This document shows positions 15,302 through 26,427 of a stretch of 31,377 nucleotides of DNA, one piece after another (position 1 is the stretch's first letter; every line of letters begins with the position of its first letter). The notes under the pieces are model-generated. The model searched no databases, had not been told where the DNA came from, and worked only from the letters and a program-made list of their open reading frames with translations. A program made the position numbers and the translations under genes. The stretch comes from a bacterium (GTDB lineage Bacteria > SZUA-182 > DTGQ01 > JAFGSM01). The stretch spans positions 1 through 31,377 of the forward strand of contig JBLIRN010000036.1 in the NCBI GenBank assembly GCA_049472315.1, given 5' to 3'.

Positions 15302-15961
15302 TCAGGATTCGTCCGGTTTTTCCTCGGCCTCCTGACCCTCGTTCTCATCCGTTTCGGCCTCTCCGGCGGATTGCTCCCCGGGGACTGGTTCATCCTGAGT
15401 GGATTCCTCATCCGGGGCCGGGGTGGTTTCCTCTGCTGAAGGCGCTGCAGCCTCCATGGCTTCCGTTGCAGGCGCCTCCTTTTTGGACGCGGCCTTTTCA
15501 GAAGGGGCGGCCTTTTCAGGGGGGGCGGCCTTTCCCTTCGCCTTTTTCCCCTTTGCCTTTCCTTTTCCTGCCTTCTTCTTACGTGACTTTGCCGTAGTTG
15601 TGCCTGGCTCCAGGATCTCGAGCAGGGCCATAGGGGCGTCATCCCCCTTGCGATTCCCCAGCTTGACGATCCGGGTGTACCCGCCCTTCGTGCGATTGGA
15701 CACCTTGGCAAGAATGATATCGAAGAGACGCTTGACTGCCGACTTATCGGTCACCACCCTCAATACCTGGCGCCGTGCGTGGAGATCCTCTCCTCGTGCC
15801 TTGGTAATGAGCTTTTCCACGATCCGCCTGACCTCTTTTGCCCTGGCATGCGTGGTCACCACCCGATCGTGCTTGAATACCTGGGTGGCGAGATTGCGGA
15901 ACAGCGCCTTGCGCGAGCCGGTGTTTCTGTCGAATTTCCTTCCGTTTACCCTATGTCGCAT
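15302..15961 (-). CDS. rplQ: 50S ribosomal protein L17 with long C-terminal extension
   Basis: MRHRVNGRKF...TTHARAKE...GGYTRIVK...RKGDDAPMA; follows rpoA. Confidence 0.97.
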   Translation of the reverse strand: MRHRVNGRKFDRNTGSRKALFRNLATQVFKHDRVVTTHARAKEVRRIVEKLITKARGEDLHARRQVLRVVTDKSAVKRLFDIILAKVSNRTKGGYTRIVKLGNRKGDDAPMALLEILEPGTTTAKSRKKKAGKGKAKGKKAKGKAAPPEKAAPSEKAASKKEAPATEAMEAAAPSAEETTPAPDEESTQDEPVPGEQSAGEAETDENEGQEAEEKPDES

Positions 15962-15994
15962 TGTTGATAAACCCTTATCCCTGATACATGGCTG

Positions 15995-17074
15995 TTATAC
16001 ATTAACCTCGGATTCCGATAGATCCTCTCCCTCCTCGACGGAGAACTCGTCTGCTGCCCGGATGCTCTGGTTGCGCTCGTCGATAACCTTTCGCGCCTCC
16101 GGAGGCAGGTTGCTCAGATCCATGCCGAAATGGAGCCCCATGTCGGCAAGTATGCCCTTCAGCGAGTTGAGGGATTTGCGGCCGAAGTTCTTGATCTGCA
16201 TGATATCGTTTTCATTCCTCTGCACGAGTTCTGCAACGGTCCTGATATCGGCGTTCTTCAGGCAATTGGCTGCCCTGAGGGGGATGTCCAGTTCATCGAT
16301 GGCCTTCTTGAGATTCTCATTGAACACGGGAGCATCCTCGACTGGTTGCGGGGTTTCCGTCTCCTCAGCCGCGGTCTCTTCGAATGCGCTGACGAATATG
16401 CCGCAATAATCCTGAAGGATCTTTGCCGACTGTGACAGTGCATCGCCGGGATTGATACTCCCGTCCGTCCATATCTGGAGAATGAGCTTTTCAAAGTCGG
16501 TGGCCTGGCCGAGCCTGGTATGCTCCACCCGGAAATTGGCCTTCAGCACTGGGGAAAAGATGGAATCTATGGGGATGACCCCGATCTCCTTGTCCTCGGA
16601 GGTATTTATTTCAGCGGGTACGTATCCTATACCCCTCTGTACCTCCATCTCCATTCGCAATGCTCCCCCCTTGTCCAGGCGCGCAATATGGTGATCGGGA
16701 TTGAGCACCTCTACATGGGCCTCGCACACGATGTCGGACGCATTGACCTCGCCGGGGCCTTCCTTGTCAATGCTGATCGTGCGTGGCTCATTCCCGTGAA
16801 GCTTAAGGAGAAGCCGCTTGATGTTAAGGACGATCTCGGTTATATCCTCAATCACCCCGGGAATCGTCGAAAATTCGTGCAATGCCCCGTCGATCTTGAC
16901 CGATGTTACGGCAGCGCCTTCAAGCCCCGATAATAGAATCCTTCTCAAGGAATTGCCGATGGTCACGGCAAAACCCCGCTCGAAGGGTTCCACCACGAAT
17001 TCACCGTACGTATCGGTCAAGGTAGCGGGATCAGATTCAATCTTCTTAGGCTTTTGCAGACCTGTGTAAGACAT
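15995..17074 (-). CDS. rpoA: RNA polymerase alpha subunit
   Basis: EPFERGFAVTIGNSLRRILL, HEFSTIPGV, RAANCLK, NFGRKSL. Confidence 0.98.
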   Translation of the reverse strand: MSYTGLQKPKKIESDPATLTDTYGEFVVEPFERGFAVTIGNSLRRILLSGLEGAAVTSVKIDGALHEFSTIPGVIEDITEIVLNIKRLLLKLHGNEPRTISIDKEGPGEVNASDIVCEAHVEVLNPDHHIARLDKGGALRMEMEVQRGIGYVPAEINTSEDKEIGVIPIDSIFSPVLKANFRVEHTRLGQATDFEKLILQIWTDGSINPGDALSQSAKILQDYCGIFVSAFEETAAEETETPQPVEDAPVFNENLKKAIDELDIPLRAANCLKNADIRTVAELVQRNENDIMQIKNFGRKSLNSLKGILADMGLHFGMDLSNLPPEARKVIDERNQSIRAADEFSVEEGEDLSESEVNV

Positions 17075-17110
17075 TAAAATAGGCCCTCCGTAGGCATTAA
17101 AACAGATCCT

Positions 17111-17737
17111 TTATTTGGAATATAACTCAACTATCATCTGTTCTTGGATGGGATGAGTGATCTCTTCCCTCGTGGGAAGCGCCTTAACCGAACCACGAAA
17201 GTTCCCTGCATCCAGTTCCAGCCATCCGGGTATGCCCCGCTGTTGTGCAGCTTCCATATTCTCTTGAATTGCAACGATCTTTCGGCTTTTTTCCTTTACC
17301 TCGATACTATCCCCAGACCGTGTGAGATACGAAGGGATAGAGACCTTTCTCCCATTTACCAGGAAATGCCCTTGGGTAACCAAAAGGCGTGCCTGATTCC
17401 GCGAACATGCAAACCCGAGACGAAACACAATATTGTCAAGACGGCTCTCCAACCGCCTGAGCAGGTTTGTACCCGTAATGCCTTTCTGCCGCTCCACCTT
17501 GAAGAAGTTGTTTCGGAACTGCTTTTCCAACAGGCCGTACATCCTTTTGACCTTTTGCTTCTCCCGCAACTGCATTCCGTAATCGGATACCTTTTGTCTC
17601 CTCTGCCCATGCTGCCCCGGCGGGTACCCTCGTCTCTCTATGGCGCATTTTTCCTTGAAGCAGCGCTCCCCTTTGAGGAAGAGCTTCTCTCCTTCTCTGC
17701 GGCAAATTCGACACACTGACTCTCGATATCGTGCCAT
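17111..17737 (-). CDS. rpsD: 30S ribosomal protein S4 (Zn-ribbon form)
   Basis: [35 protein letters not shown]. Confidence 0.98.
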   Translation of the reverse strand: MARYRESVCRICRREGEKLFLKGERCFKEKCAIERRGYPPGQHGQRRQKVSDYGMQLREKQKVKRMYGLLEKQFRNNFFKVERQKGITGTNLLRRLESRLDNIVFRLGFACSRNQARLLVTQGHFLVNGRKVSIPSYLTRSGDSIEVKEKSRKIVAIQENMEAAQQRGIPGWLELDAGNFRGSVKALPTREEITHPIQEQMIVELYSK

Positions 17738-17753
17738 TTAACCTCCTTTTGAC

Positions 17754-18146
17754 TCAGACCCTTCTGCGCTTCGGGGGTCTGCACCCATTATGGGGGATTG
17801 GGGTAGCATCCTTTATCGCAGTAATTTCGAGTCCCACTGCCTGCAAGGCCCTTATTGCGGCCTCTCTCCCTGCACCCGGTCCCTTTACCGAAACCTCCAC
17901 CTGACGGACACCGAATTCCATGGCCTTTCTTCCTGCCGTTTCCGCAGCCATCTGGGCGGCGAACGGGGTGCTCTTCCGGGAGCCCTTGAATCCCAGGCTT
18001 CCGGAGCTGGACCAACAGATCACCTCCCCCTCCATTGAGCTGATGGTGACAATGGTGTTGTTAAAGGTAGACTGGATGTGAGCAACCCCAATGGGTATGT
18101 TTTTCTTTTCTTTCTTTTTGCCCCCTTTGCGGCGTGGGTTGGGCAT
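17754..18146 (-). CDS. rpsK: 30S ribosomal protein S11
   Basis: [35 protein letters not shown]. Confidence 0.98.
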   Translation of the reverse strand: MPNPRRKGGKKKEKKNIPIGVAHIQSTFNNTIVTISSMEGEVICWSSSGSLGFKGSRKSTPFAAQMAAETAGRKAMEFGVRQVEVSVKGPGAGREAAIRALQAVGLEITAIKDATPIPHNGCRPPKRRRV

Positions 18147-18213
18147 TGTTACCTCCTTGCACTAGTATTCCTTCACCAATATCCCACCTGTGGCAATCTT
18201 GCCATGGAATGGG

Positions 18214-18594
18214 CTACTTCTTCGACATTTTCTTTCGGGTGCCGACCGTGGCCCTCCGCGGTCCCTTGCGGGTTCGGGCGTTTGTATGTGTTCGCTGCCC
18301 GCGGGCGGGCAACGAACGGCGATGTCGCAATCCACGGTAGCAGCCGATATCCATCAACCGCTTGATGTTCATGGAGATTTCGCGCCGCAGGTCCCCCTCC
18401 ACCTTGAACTCTTCCACGTGTTCCCTGAGGCGGTTAATCTCATCCTCGGTCAGTTGAGATACCTTGGTGTCCTGATTCACCCGTGCACGTCTGAGGATAA
18501 GATTGGCTCGTCGCCTGCCGATTCCATAGATATAGGTCAGTCCGATCTCGATCCGTTTATTCTTGGGTAGGTCAACCCCAGCAATACGCGCCAA
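18214..18594 (-). CDS. rpsM: 30S ribosomal protein S13
   Basis: [38 protein letters not shown] start. Confidence 0.98.
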   Translation of the reverse strand: MARIAGVDLPKNKRIEIGLTYIYGIGRRRANLILRRARVNQDTKVSQLTEDEINRLREHVEEFKVEGDLRREISMNIKRLMDIGCYRGLRHRRSLPARGQRTHTNARTRKGPRRATVGTRKKMSKK

Positions 18595-18616
18595 ATTATT
18601 ACCCCTTTCCCTGTGC

Positions 18617-18730
18617 CTAACCTTGGCGTTGCTTGTGGCGAGGGTCCTTGCAGATGACCCGAATAATTCCCCGCCGTTTGATAATCTTGCATTTGTTACA
18701 CATCTTTTTTACCGAAGCTCGTACCTTCAT
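18617..18730 (-). CDS. rpmJ: 50S ribosomal protein L36 (not in ORF track)
   Basis: Manual translation [37 protein letters not shown]. Confidence 0.97.
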   Translation of the reverse strand: MKVRASVKKMCNKCKIIKRRGIIRVICKDPRHKQRQG

Positions 18731-18882
18731 TAGAAAAACCCTTTATAATCTATATGGTCCACAATGTCCATTCCCAATGGCCCGCCTATGAAACATCGTC
18801 GTCATCGTATCTCACGTCCCGCCGGACCATGCTTTCACCTGAAAATCCCCTTTGGGTATTTTCATGCCTCTTTGTGGGCCGA

Positions 18883-19029
18883 AGTCTCATCTGCGTTTCA
18901 CTTCTACATTCTACATTCGATATTCTACATTCGACATTCGCAGTTTCATCAGTCTCATCTGCGTTTCACTTCTACATTCTACATTCGATATTCTACATTC
19001 GACATTCGCAGTTTCATTGCGTTTCACTT
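18883..19029. repeat. Nested tandem repeat: two identical 67-bp units (period 68) plus a partial third, each with 5-6 TTC(T/G)A(C/T)A heptamers
   Basis: 18883-18949 equals 18951-19017; TGCGTTTCACTT recurs at 19018-19029 over the infA stop. Confidence 0.95.
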
Positions 19030-19242
19030 GAAACGGTACACGATCCTCCCTTTGGTCAAATCATAGGTCGAGAGCTCCACCAGGACGCGGTCGCCCCGAA
19101 GGATGCGAATGAAGTTTTTTCTCATCTTCCCGGATATGTGAGCAAGCACCTTATGCCCGTTATCCAGCTCGACCTTGAACATGGCGTTGGGGAGCGGCTC
19201 GATGACCGTTCCTTCAACCTCTATTGCATCTTCCTTGGGCAC
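19024..19242 (-). CDS. infA: Translation initiation factor IF-1
   Basis: [27 protein letters not shown]...[11 protein letters not shown]. Confidence 0.98.
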   Translation of the reverse strand: MPKEDAIEVEGTVIEPLPNAMFKVELDNGHKVLAHISGKMRKNFIRILRGDRVLVELSTYDLTKGRIVYRFK

Positions 19243-19254
19243 TGTGTCATCCTT

Positions 19255-20019
19255 CTATTGTGTCAGAATATCCGGGCCTGCGGCGGTGATGGCAATCGTA
19301 TGTTCGAAATGGGCCGACAGCCTCCCGTCTTCGGTTACCGCAGTCCACTGATCCTCCAGGATCCGTACCTCGAAGGTGCCGGCATTGACCATGGGTTCGA
19401 TGGCGAGCACCATGCCCGGCCGCAGCCGTCTCCCCCGTCCGGGCTTGCCGAAATTGGGGATCTGCGGATCCTCGTGGGGGGCCCTCCCGATGCCATGACC
19501 GACAAAGTCCCTTACCACGGAAAAACCGTTCTCCTCGACATAGGACTGAACGGCATACGATATGTCCTGGAGACGATTCCCCTGCACCGCCATATCGATG
19601 GCGTGGTCAAGGGATATGCGGGTCACGTCGAGGAGCCTGCGCGCCTCGTCCGAGACCTCGCCAACGGGGAGGGTGACCGCGGCGTCTCCGTAATACCCGT
19701 CGATTGCCGCCCCCAGGTCCAGGCTGATGATATCCCCTTCCCGGAGTTTCCTTTTCGGCGATGGAATGCCATGCACAATTTCGTCGTTGATCGAGGTGCA
19801 CAGCGCTGCAGGAAATGGGCGTTCATGCGGCCCCCTTCGGTACCCCTTAAAGGCAAGCTGCGCACCCCTCTCGAGAAGAAAGCGTTCCGCAGCTTCATTC
19901 AGTTCCAACGTTGTCACCCCCGGCTGCACCATGGCGCCTATATGTTGTAATGCCTCTCGAACCAACCGTCCGCTGACACGAATCTTTTCAATCTCCTGAG
20001 GGGATTTGAGGACGATCAT
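19255..20019 (-). CDS. map: Methionine aminopeptidase type I
   Basis: CTSINDEIVHGIP, SLD, GD, GHGIG...HEDP, IEPM, SAHFEHT; ATG 20019 (MIVLKS). Confidence 0.96.
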   Translation of the reverse strand: MIVLKSPQEIEKIRVSGRLVREALQHIGAMVQPGVTTLELNEAAERFLLERGAQLAFKGYRRGPHERPFPAALCTSINDEIVHGIPSPKRKLREGDIISLDLGAAIDGYYGDAAVTLPVGEVSDEARRLLDVTRISLDHAIDMAVQGNRLQDISYAVQSYVEENGFSVVRDFVGHGIGRAPHEDPQIPNFGKPGRGRRLRPGMVLAIEPMVNAGTFEVRILEDQWTAVTEDGRLSAHFEHTIAITAAGPDILTQ

Positions 20020-20701
20020 CCTTCCCCTTTCCCTCAAGCGTTCGGATCAGATGATCAAATATTGCATCCATCGAGCCTGAGCCGTCGATTGTTACCAGGC
20101 GGTTCTTGCGCCGATAAAATCCTATAAGTGGTTCCGTTTGGTCCCCATACACCTTCAGGCGGTTCTTGATCGTCTCCTCCTGGTCGTCACTGCGCTGATA
20201 AAGTTCCCCTCCGCATTTTGGGCATATCCCATCCTTCTCCGGGGGGTTGAAATAGATGTTGTAATTCGCCCCGCAGGAGCGGCATACCCTCCTGCCGGAA
20301 AGCCGTTTCACCAGGAGCTCTTCCGGTACCTCAAAATAGACGGCGGCGTCGATGGCCATGTCCATGCGGTCAAGTACCTGGTCCAGGGCCTCCGCCTGGG
20401 GAATGGTCCTGGGAAATCCATCCAGGATGAAGCCGTTCAGGCAGTCGCGTTCCTTCACCCGCTCCTCGATAATGCCGATTACCACCTCATCGGGGACCAG
20501 CTTTCCGGCATCCATATACGAGGCCGCCTTCTGCCCCAGAGGGGTTTTGTCCTTGACCGCCTGCCTCAGGATATCCCCGGTGGAGATCTGGGGAATTGCA
20601 TGGATTTCGCTCAGGCGCTGGGCCTGCGTCCCTTTCCCCGCCCCGGGGGCGCCCAGGAAGATAAGTCGTTTTTTTCCCAAGGTACGAGTCGCGTTCATCA
20701 T
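19988..20701 (-). CDS. adk: Adenylate kinase (Zn-lid form)
   Basis: GAPGAGKGTQ, ISTGDILR, LDGFPRT, CRSC...CPKC, QRSDD. Confidence 0.97.
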   Translation of the reverse strand: MMNATRTLGKKRLIFLGAPGAGKGTQAQRLSEIHAIPQISTGDILRQAVKDKTPLGQKAASYMDAGKLVPDEVVIGIIEERVKERDCLNGFILDGFPRTIPQAEALDQVLDRMDMAIDAAVYFEVPEELLVKRLSGRRVCRSCGANYNIYFNPPEKDGICPKCGGELYQRSDDQEETIKNRLKVYGDQTEPLIGFYRRKNRLVTIDGSGSMDAIFDHLIRTLEGKGKDDRPQIPSGD

Positions 20702-20702
20702 G

Positions 20703-22013
20703 TCACATCTTTGCCTTTTTCTTCATCCTCTTTTTCATGAACCCCTCGTAATTGCGCATCAGGAGGTGTGATTCAATCTGGCGGACCGTGTCCAGCCCCA
20801 CCTCGATGACGATGAGCAGGGTGATGCCGCCGAAGTAGAAGGGCACGTTGAAAAATTTGATGAGGTAGGTCGGCAAAACGGATATCAGTGAGAGGTAGAG
20901 TGCCCCTCCGAAGGTGATCCTGGTAAGTATGCGGTCGATATATTCTGCGGTGTTCTTCCCCGGCCTGATGCCGGGAATGAATCCGCCGTATTTTTTCATG
21001 TTGTCGGCCAGGTCCACCGGGTTGAAGATGATGGCGGTGTAAAAGAAGCAGAAAAAGACGATCATGACGATATACAGGGCCGTATTCAGAAACGCACCCG
21101 GGGAAAGCCATTCCGCGATGGTTGCCATCCATGGGTGGTTGATGAACCGGGCGATGGTCGCGGGAAACATGATGATGGACGCGGCGAAAATGATGGGAAT
21201 AACCCCGGCCGTATTCACCCGCAGGGGGATGTAGGTGCTTTGTCCCCCGTAGATCCTCCTGCCCACGACCCGTTTGGCATACTGAACAGGGATCTTCCGC
21301 TCCCCCGACTCCACGTATACGATAAAGGCGCATACCAGCGCCATGAATACCAGTAATCCCAGCAGCAGGAAGACCGCGAGCTCACCGGTCTTCAGCAGGC
21401 GGATGGTGTTGATGACCGCGGCCGGACCCCTCACGATGATGCCGGCGAAGATGAGCAGTGATATACCGTTTCCAATGCCTCGTTCCGATATCTGCTCACC
21501 AAGCCACATGAGAAACACGGTCCCCGCGGTCAGGGTGATCACCGTCATGAGTCTGAAGGACCATCCGGGGCTGGGGACGATGGCGGCGCCGCCCGGGCTT
21601 TTCATGGTCTCGAGGCCGAAGCTTATCCCCAATGACTGAATGACCGCGATCAAAATGGTGCCGTATCGGGTATACTGGGTGATCTTTTTGCGGCCCTCAT
21701 CCCCTTCTTTGGAGAGCTTCTCCAGGTGAGGAATCACCACGGTCAAGAGTTCAAGGATGATGGCGGCATCGATGTAGGGCATGATTCCGAGGGCAAAGAC
21801 GGTAAGCCTGGAGAGCGCGCCTCCTGAGAACAGATCAAAAAAACCGAGCAGGGTCCCCTTGGCCTGGTCGAAGAATGCGGCGAGTGCTGCGCCGTTGATC
21901 CCCGGTGTGGGGATGTGCGCGCCGATTCTGAACACGGCGAGCAGGGCGAAGGTGATGAGTATTCTCTTCTTCAGCTCGGGTATCTTGAGTATGTTCTGGA
22001 AGGTATCAATCAC
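20703..22013 (-). CDS. secY: Preprotein translocase SecY
   Basis: [37 protein letters not shown]. Confidence 0.98.
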   Translation of the reverse strand: MIDTFQNILKIPELKKRILITFALLAVFRIGAHIPTPGINGAALAAFFDQAKGTLLGFFDLFSGGALSRLTVFALGIMPYIDAAIILELLTVVIPHLEKLSKEGDEGRKKITQYTRYGTILIAVIQSLGISFGLETMKSPGGAAIVPSPGWSFRLMTVITLTAGTVFLMWLGEQISERGIGNGISLLIFAGIIVRGPAAVINTIRLLKTGELAVFLLLGLLVFMALVCAFIVYVESGERKIPVQYAKRVVGRRIYGGQSTYIPLRVNTAGVIPIIFAASIIMFPATIARFINHPWMATIAEWLSPGAFLNTALYIVMIVFFCFFYTAIIFNPVDLADNMKKYGGFIPGIRPGKNTAEYIDRILTRITFGGALYLSLISVLPTYLIKFFNVPFYFGGITLLIVIEVGLDTVRQIESHLLMRNYEGFMKKRMKKKAKM

Positions 22014-22452
22014 GTCCGATCACCTCGGCCTTTCCCCCGGCCGCCTCGATCCCCCTGATCGCCGACTGGGAGAACAGGTGCACCTTCACGGTAAGAGGCT
22101 TTTCCAGGGCTCCATCCGCGAGTACCTTCACCAGTGTCGCCCCCTGTTTGATGATCCCCGCCTGTTTGAGGACCTCTGGGGTGATCTCCTGCTGGGCCTC
22201 GAACCGGTTCAGGTCCTGAAGGTGAACGATGGCGTGCTCCTTTTTGAAGATATTTCTGAATCCCCTCTTGGGCAATCGTCTCTGCAAGGGCATCTGTCCT
22301 CCCTCGAATCCGGGGCCCTTGCCTCCGCCCGAGCGGGCGTTTTGCCCCTTGTGTCCCTTGCAGGAGGTTCCTCCATGGCCGGAGCCAGAGCCACGCCCCA
22401 CCCTTTTTCTGCTCTTTCGTGATCCTCTGCTCGCGGTTAATTGATTAAGCAT
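22006..22452 (-). CDS. rplO: 50S ribosomal protein L15
   Basis: [34 protein letters not shown]. Confidence 0.97.
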   Translation of the reverse strand: MLNQLTASRGSRKSRKRVGRGSGSGHGGTSCKGHKGQNARSGGGKGPGFEGGQMPLQRRLPKRGFRNIFKKEHAIVHLQDLNRFEAQQEITPEVLKQAGIIKQGATLVKVLADGALEKPLTVKVHLFSQSAIRGIEAAGGKAEVIGRD

Positions 22453-22642
22453 GATCCTTGTCCACTCCCTCGATAACGAGTAGGTGGGGTATCTTGTTCA
22501 CCATACCCCAGGTTTGAGGATTATCCGGTTTGTACACGGTTCGATTGGTCTTCCGAAGTCCCAGGGCGTCGAGAATACGACGTTGTTTCGGCAATCTCCC
22601 ATGGGGGCTCTTTATCAGTGTGATTTTCAGTTGGCGTGCCAT
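22445..22642 (-). CDS. rpmD: 50S ribosomal protein L30
   Basis: LKITLIKS...ALGLRK...[10 protein letters not shown]; between rpsE and rplO. Confidence 0.93.
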   Translation of the reverse strand: MARQLKITLIKSPHGRLPKQRRILDALGLRKTNRTVYKPDNPQTWGMVNKIPHLLVIEGVDKDHA

Positions 22643-22653
22643 TGGTTGTTCCC

Positions 22654-23151
22654 TCACTCCGTTGCACTTGCAGCCATGCCGCGATTCTTCATAACCTCTT
22701 CGGGATCCCTCAATTGGAGCAGTCCGTTCATGGCTGCCTTCACCACATTGTGGGGATTATTCGATCCGATGGACTTCGTCAGGATGTCCTGAATGCCGGC
22801 TGCCTCTACAATGGCCCTGACGGTGCCTCCAGCGATAACCCCGGTTCCCTTCGATGCGGGCTTGAGGAGCACCCTGCTCGCGCCGAAGTGACCCAGGACC
22901 TGATACGGTATGGTACTCCCGACCAGGGGAATTCTTACAAGATGTTTTTTTGCCTTTTCGATTGCCTTGCTGATTGCCTCGGGGACCTCGTTGGCCTTTC
23001 CCATGCCGGTTCCCACATGCCCGTGGGTGTCACCCACCACCACCAGTGCGCTGAAGCCGAACCTGCGGCCGCCTTTGACAACCTTTGCAACGCGGTTTAT
23101 GTAAATAACCTTGTCTATTAGTTCCAATTCATCGTGGCTGATTCGTGCCAA
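22654..23151 (-). CDS. rpsE: 30S ribosomal protein S5
   Basis: [32 protein letters not shown]. Confidence 0.98.
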   Translation of the reverse strand: MARISHDELELIDKVIYINRVAKVVKGGRRFGFSALVVVGDTHGHVGTGMGKANEVPEAISKAIEKAKKHLVRIPLVGSTIPYQVLGHFGASRVLLKPASKGTGVIAGGTVRAIVEAAGIQDILTKSIGSNNPHNVVKAAMNGLLQLRDPEEVMKNRGMAASATE

Positions 23152-23175
23152 GGATTCGCCTCCTTTTACCTCGAT

Positions 23176-23532
23176 TTAAAATTTGAGTCCGGTCTCGCGG
23201 GCTGCTTCAGCCAATGCCTTTATCCGTCCGTGATAGATGAATCCGCCCCGGTCGAATATAATCGCTTCCACACCCTTTTCCTTTGCACGCTCCGCGATCA
23301 TCTGTCCCACCAGCTTTGCCGCAGCGATATTCCCGGTCGATGACATCTGTTTTTTGAATGCGGGATCAATGGTCGATGCGCTCACAATGGTGGTTGACTG
23401 AACATCATCGATCAACTGCGCATAGATGTGGGATGCACTTTTGAAAACCGCCAATCTGGGCCGTTCTCCGGTTCCCTTGACCTTTTTCCGGACCCTCTCG
23501 TGACGCGCGTTTCTATTTTCCTTCCTGTCCAT
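23176..23532 (-). CDS. rplR: 50S ribosomal protein L18
   Basis: [34 protein letters not shown]. Confidence 0.97.
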   Translation of the reverse strand: MDRKENRNARHERVRKKVKGTGERPRLAVFKSASHIYAQLIDDVQSTTIVSASTIDPAFKKQMSSTGNIAAAKLVGQMIAERAKEKGVEAIIFDRGGFIYHGRIKALAEAARETGLKF

Positions 23533-23553
23533 GAATGCTATGGCCTCCTTGGA

Positions 23554-24090
23554 TTACGCCCCTGTCTTTCCGACCTTTGTTCTGATTCTCTCGTCCCTGT
23601 ACATGATCCCCTTGCCCTTGTAAGGTTCGGGTCGCTTGAAGTCCCTGATCTCGGCGGCTATCTGCCCGACCCGCTGCTTGTCGATTCCCTTGATGATGAT
23701 CTGGTTATCCTTGGTCACCTCGATGGAGATATTGTCAGGGATTGCATATTTGATGGGGTGTGAATAGCCGAGGGTAAGATTGAGCGCCTTCCCGGAGACA
23801 TTGGCACGATAGCCTATCCCCACGATCTTCAGGTTCTTCTGAAATCCCTCGGTAACACCATGCACCATATTGGCGACCAATGTGCGGTACAGCCCGTGAA
23901 GGGCGTGGATCTTTTTATCATTTCCCCTGGGAATTAGGGTGAGCTCATTGTCCTGTTGTTCGATCCCTATCTCAGGGAGGATGTCCTCATGGAGTTCCCC
24001 CTTCGGCCCCTTCACGGTAACCCGCTGGTCCTTGATCGTGACCTGTACCCCCTGGGGAACGGGGATCGGTTTTTTCCCTACTCTCGACAT
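23554..24090 (-). CDS. rplF: 50S ribosomal protein L6
   Basis: MSRVGKKPI, LGYSHP, PEPYKGKGI. Confidence 0.98.
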   Translation of the reverse strand: MSRVGKKPIPVPQGVQVTIKDQRVTVKGPKGELHEDILPEIGIEQQDNELTLIPRGNDKKIHALHGLYRTLVANMVHGVTEGFQKNLKIVGIGYRANVSGKALNLTLGYSHPIKYAIPDNISIEVTKDNQIIIKGIDKQRVGQIAAEIRDFKRPEPYKGKGIMYRDERIRTKVGKTGA

Positions 24091-24120
24091 AAGTGCTCCA
24101 TTTCCTTTTTCGCGGGTGCC

Positions 24121-24519
24121 CTACCAGATATAGCAGAGGACCTCTCCGCCCACATTTTCCTGCCGGCAGGTACCATCGGCCATAATCCCCTTGGTGGTTG
24201 AGAGAACGGCCATTCCCAGTCCTCCCAATACCCTCGGCACCTTATCCTTGGACACGTACACGCGACGTCCGGGCGAGCTGATCCTTCGTAATCCCTTGAT
24301 GATACCGTTGCTTTGGGCATCATATTTGAGGTAAACCCGGATGTCCTTCTTGCCTTCCCTGTCGAACACCTTATACCCTTTGATGTACCCTCCCGACTTT
24401 ATGATCTTGATGATCTCCAGCTTTATCGTGGAAAAGGGTATACTGGTGCTGGCATGTCGTGCCAAGAGCGCATTTCGTATTCGATTCAATAAATCGGCAA
24501 TGGGATCTGTTAAAACCAT
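24121..24519 (-). CDS. rpsH: 30S ribosomal protein S8
   Basis: [32 protein letters not shown]. Confidence 0.98.
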   Translation of the reverse strand: MVLTDPIADLLNRIRNALLARHASTSIPFSTIKLEIIKIIKSGGYIKGYKVFDREGKKDIRVYLKYDAQSNGIIKGLRRISSPGRRVYVSKDKVPRVLGGLGMAVLSTTKGIMADGTCRQENVGGEVLCYIW

Positions 24520-24529
24520 TGTCCCCCTC

Positions 24530-24715
24530 CTACCAGCTTGCCTTGATCACTCCAGGGAGTTCGCCCTTGAGCGCCAGATTCCTGAAACAGATGCGACACA
24601 TCTGGAACTTTCTGATGTACGCCCGCGGACGACCGCATATCCTGCACCGGTTGTATTGCCTCACCCTGAACTTTTGCCTTCTCCGTGCCTTTACTATGAG
24701 TGATTGTTTTGCCAC
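24530..24715 (-). CDS. rpsZ: 30S ribosomal protein S14 type Z (Zn-binding, 61 aa)
   Basis: GTG 24715 after [16 protein letters not shown]...MCRICFR...LPGVIKASW. Confidence 0.96.
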   Translation of the reverse strand: MAKQSLIVKARRRQKFRVRQYNRCRICGRPRAYIRKFQMCRICFRNLALKGELPGVIKASW

Positions 24716-24758
24716 TGTAGTCTCGTCTCTCCTTTGAATGGGATTGTGTCCCGTGAAC

Positions 24759-25298
24759 CTATTGTTTGAACGGCATCCCCATCCGCTGCAAAAGGGATCG
24801 AGCCTCCTCATCCGATTTGGCGGTGGTGACGATGCACACATCCATGCCGCGAACCTTGTCTATCTTGTCATAGTTGATCTCAGGGAAGATGATCTGCTCC
24901 TTCAACCCGAGGTTATAGTTGCCCCGTCCATCAAACGACTTAGCCGAAACCCCCTTGAAGTCCCTGATCCTCGGGAGTGCTACATTCATCAGCTTTTCCA
25001 GGAAATCATACATTCGTTCCCTTCTCAGGGTCACCTTGCACCCGATCGGCATCCCCTTTCTGAGCTTAAAACCGGCAATGGATTTCTTCGCCCGGGTAAC
25101 GAGCGGTTTTTGGCCGCTGATCGCCGTGAGGTCCGCCTGGGCGGAATCCAGCACCTTGACGTTCTGTATTGCCTCGCCAACCCCCATATTGACGATTATC
25201 TTGGATAGTCTCGGGGCCTGCAAGTTGTTGGTATACTTGAATTCCTCTTTTAACTGAGGCAGTACCTCTTGTAGATATTTATCCTTGAGCCGTGACAT
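24759..25298 (-). CDS. rplE: 50S ribosomal protein L5
   Basis: [31 protein letters not shown]. Confidence 0.98.
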   Translation of the reverse strand: MSRLKDKYLQEVLPQLKEEFKYTNNLQAPRLSKIIVNMGVGEAIQNVKVLDSAQADLTAISGQKPLVTRAKKSIAGFKLRKGMPIGCKVTLRRERMYDFLEKLMNVALPRIRDFKGVSAKSFDGRGNYNLGLKEQIIFPEINYDKIDKVRGMDVCIVTTAKSDEEARSLLQRMGMPFKQ

Positions 25299-25331
25299 GG
25301 AACATTCTTCCCCACTGTTGTATGTTTTCGA

Positions 25332-25682
25332 TTAGCTCATGACCTCGCCGCATTTCTTACATACCCGGACCTTCCGCCCATCCTCCAGGACGATGAACCC
25401 AACCCGGGTCGGCTTCGAACATTTATTGCACACCGGCATGAGATTGGTGATCTCAATGGGGCCCTCCCGCTGGATAACCCCTCCCTGCTGGAGCTGCTGT
25501 GAAGGTCTCATGTGCTTGTAGATGAAGTTGATATTCTCTACAACGACACGCCCCTTTTTCGGCAGCACCCGCAACACCTTGCCGGTTTTTCCCTTGTCCT
25601 TCCCGGTGATGACATAGACGGTGTCATCCTTCCGGATCTTGTTTGTTTTGCTTATCAGGTGTTTCGGCTTACTCTTGAACAT
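25332..25682 (-). CDS. rplX: 50S ribosomal protein L24
   Basis: KOW motif VITGKDKGKTGKV; C-terminal CNKC...CKKC. Confidence 0.96.
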   Translation of the reverse strand: MFKSKPKHLISKTNKIRKDDTVYVITGKDKGKTGKVLRVLPKKGRVVVENINFIYKHMRPSQQLQQGGVIQREGPIEITNLMPVCNKCSKPTRVGFIVLEDGRKVRVCKKCGEVMS

Positions 25683-25704
25683 AATTACAATTCCTCAATG
25701 AGCA

Positions 25705-26073
25705 CTAAATAACCTCCGGGGCAAGGGAGATGATCTTGGTGAATTGCTTTGCCCGCAGCTCGCGGGCGACGGGCCCGAAGATACGGGTACCTATGGGTTC
25801 TCCCTGCGCGTTGATCAAAACCGCTGCGTTGGTATCGAACCGGATGTATGAGCCGTCATTGCGGCGAAATTCCTTTTTCGTCCTGACCACGACGGCCTTG
25901 TTCACCGTCCCCTTTTTGACCACGGCCGTGGGCGTGGATTCCTTGACGCTCACCACGATGATATCGCCAAGCCTGGCATACCTGCGGCGCGTGCCTCCGA
26001 GGATCTTTATGCAACTGAGTTTTTTTGCACCGGTATTATCAGCCACATCAAGTTTCGTACGTACCTGAATCAT
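25705..26073 (-). CDS. rplN: 50S ribosomal protein L14
   Basis: [27 protein letters not shown]. Confidence 0.98.
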   Translation of the reverse strand: MIQVRTKLDVADNTGAKKLSCIKILGGTRRRYARLGDIIVVSVKESTPTAVVKKGTVNKAVVVRTKKEFRRNDGSYIRFDTNAAVLINAQGEPIGTRIFGPVARELRAKQFTKIISLAPEVI

Positions 26074-26154
26074 GCCTTATTGTCCCCCATCATTTCCCGC
26101 ATATCCGCAATCGCCATTGTTGACGGATTGATGCCACTGACCGATTCCATTGCA

Positions 26155-26412
26155 TCAACTTGCCTTTTCCATAATGGAGACGACCCGCCATCGCTTATCA
26201 CGACTTATCGGGCGTGTTTCCATAAGTATCACCTTATCTCCGATCGCGCATTCGTTTTTTTCATCATGCGCCTTGAAGCGTTTCTTTTGTTTGATGATCT
26301 TCTTGTAGATCGGGTGCGTGAATCGCCGTTCCACCTCCACCACCACCGTCTTATCCATCTTGTCGCTCACCACGATCCCTATTCTCTTCTTACGACTGCC
26401 TCTGTCTCCCAT
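26155..26412 (-). CDS. rpsQ: 30S ribosomal protein S17
   Basis: [30 protein letters not shown]. Confidence 0.97.
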   Translation of the reverse strand: MGDRGSRKKRIGIVVSDKMDKTVVVEVERRFTHPIYKKIIKQKKRFKAHDEKNECAIGDKVILMETRPISRDKRWRVVSIMEKAS

Positions 26413-26427
26413 CGCGTAACCCTCTTC

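Noticed and set aside
18883..19029. CRISPR array
   Set aside because: Units are contiguous identical copies with no unique spacers; no cas genes in the window.
18754..19950. 398-aa + strand ORF spanning the repeat, infA and map
   Set aside because: Antisense to conserved genes; its low-complexity part is just the translated heptamers.
19988..20019. 32-bp adk/map overlap as recoding or fusion
   Set aside because: Both genes are intact and map has its own purine-rich RBS; short overlaps are ordinary in this operon.
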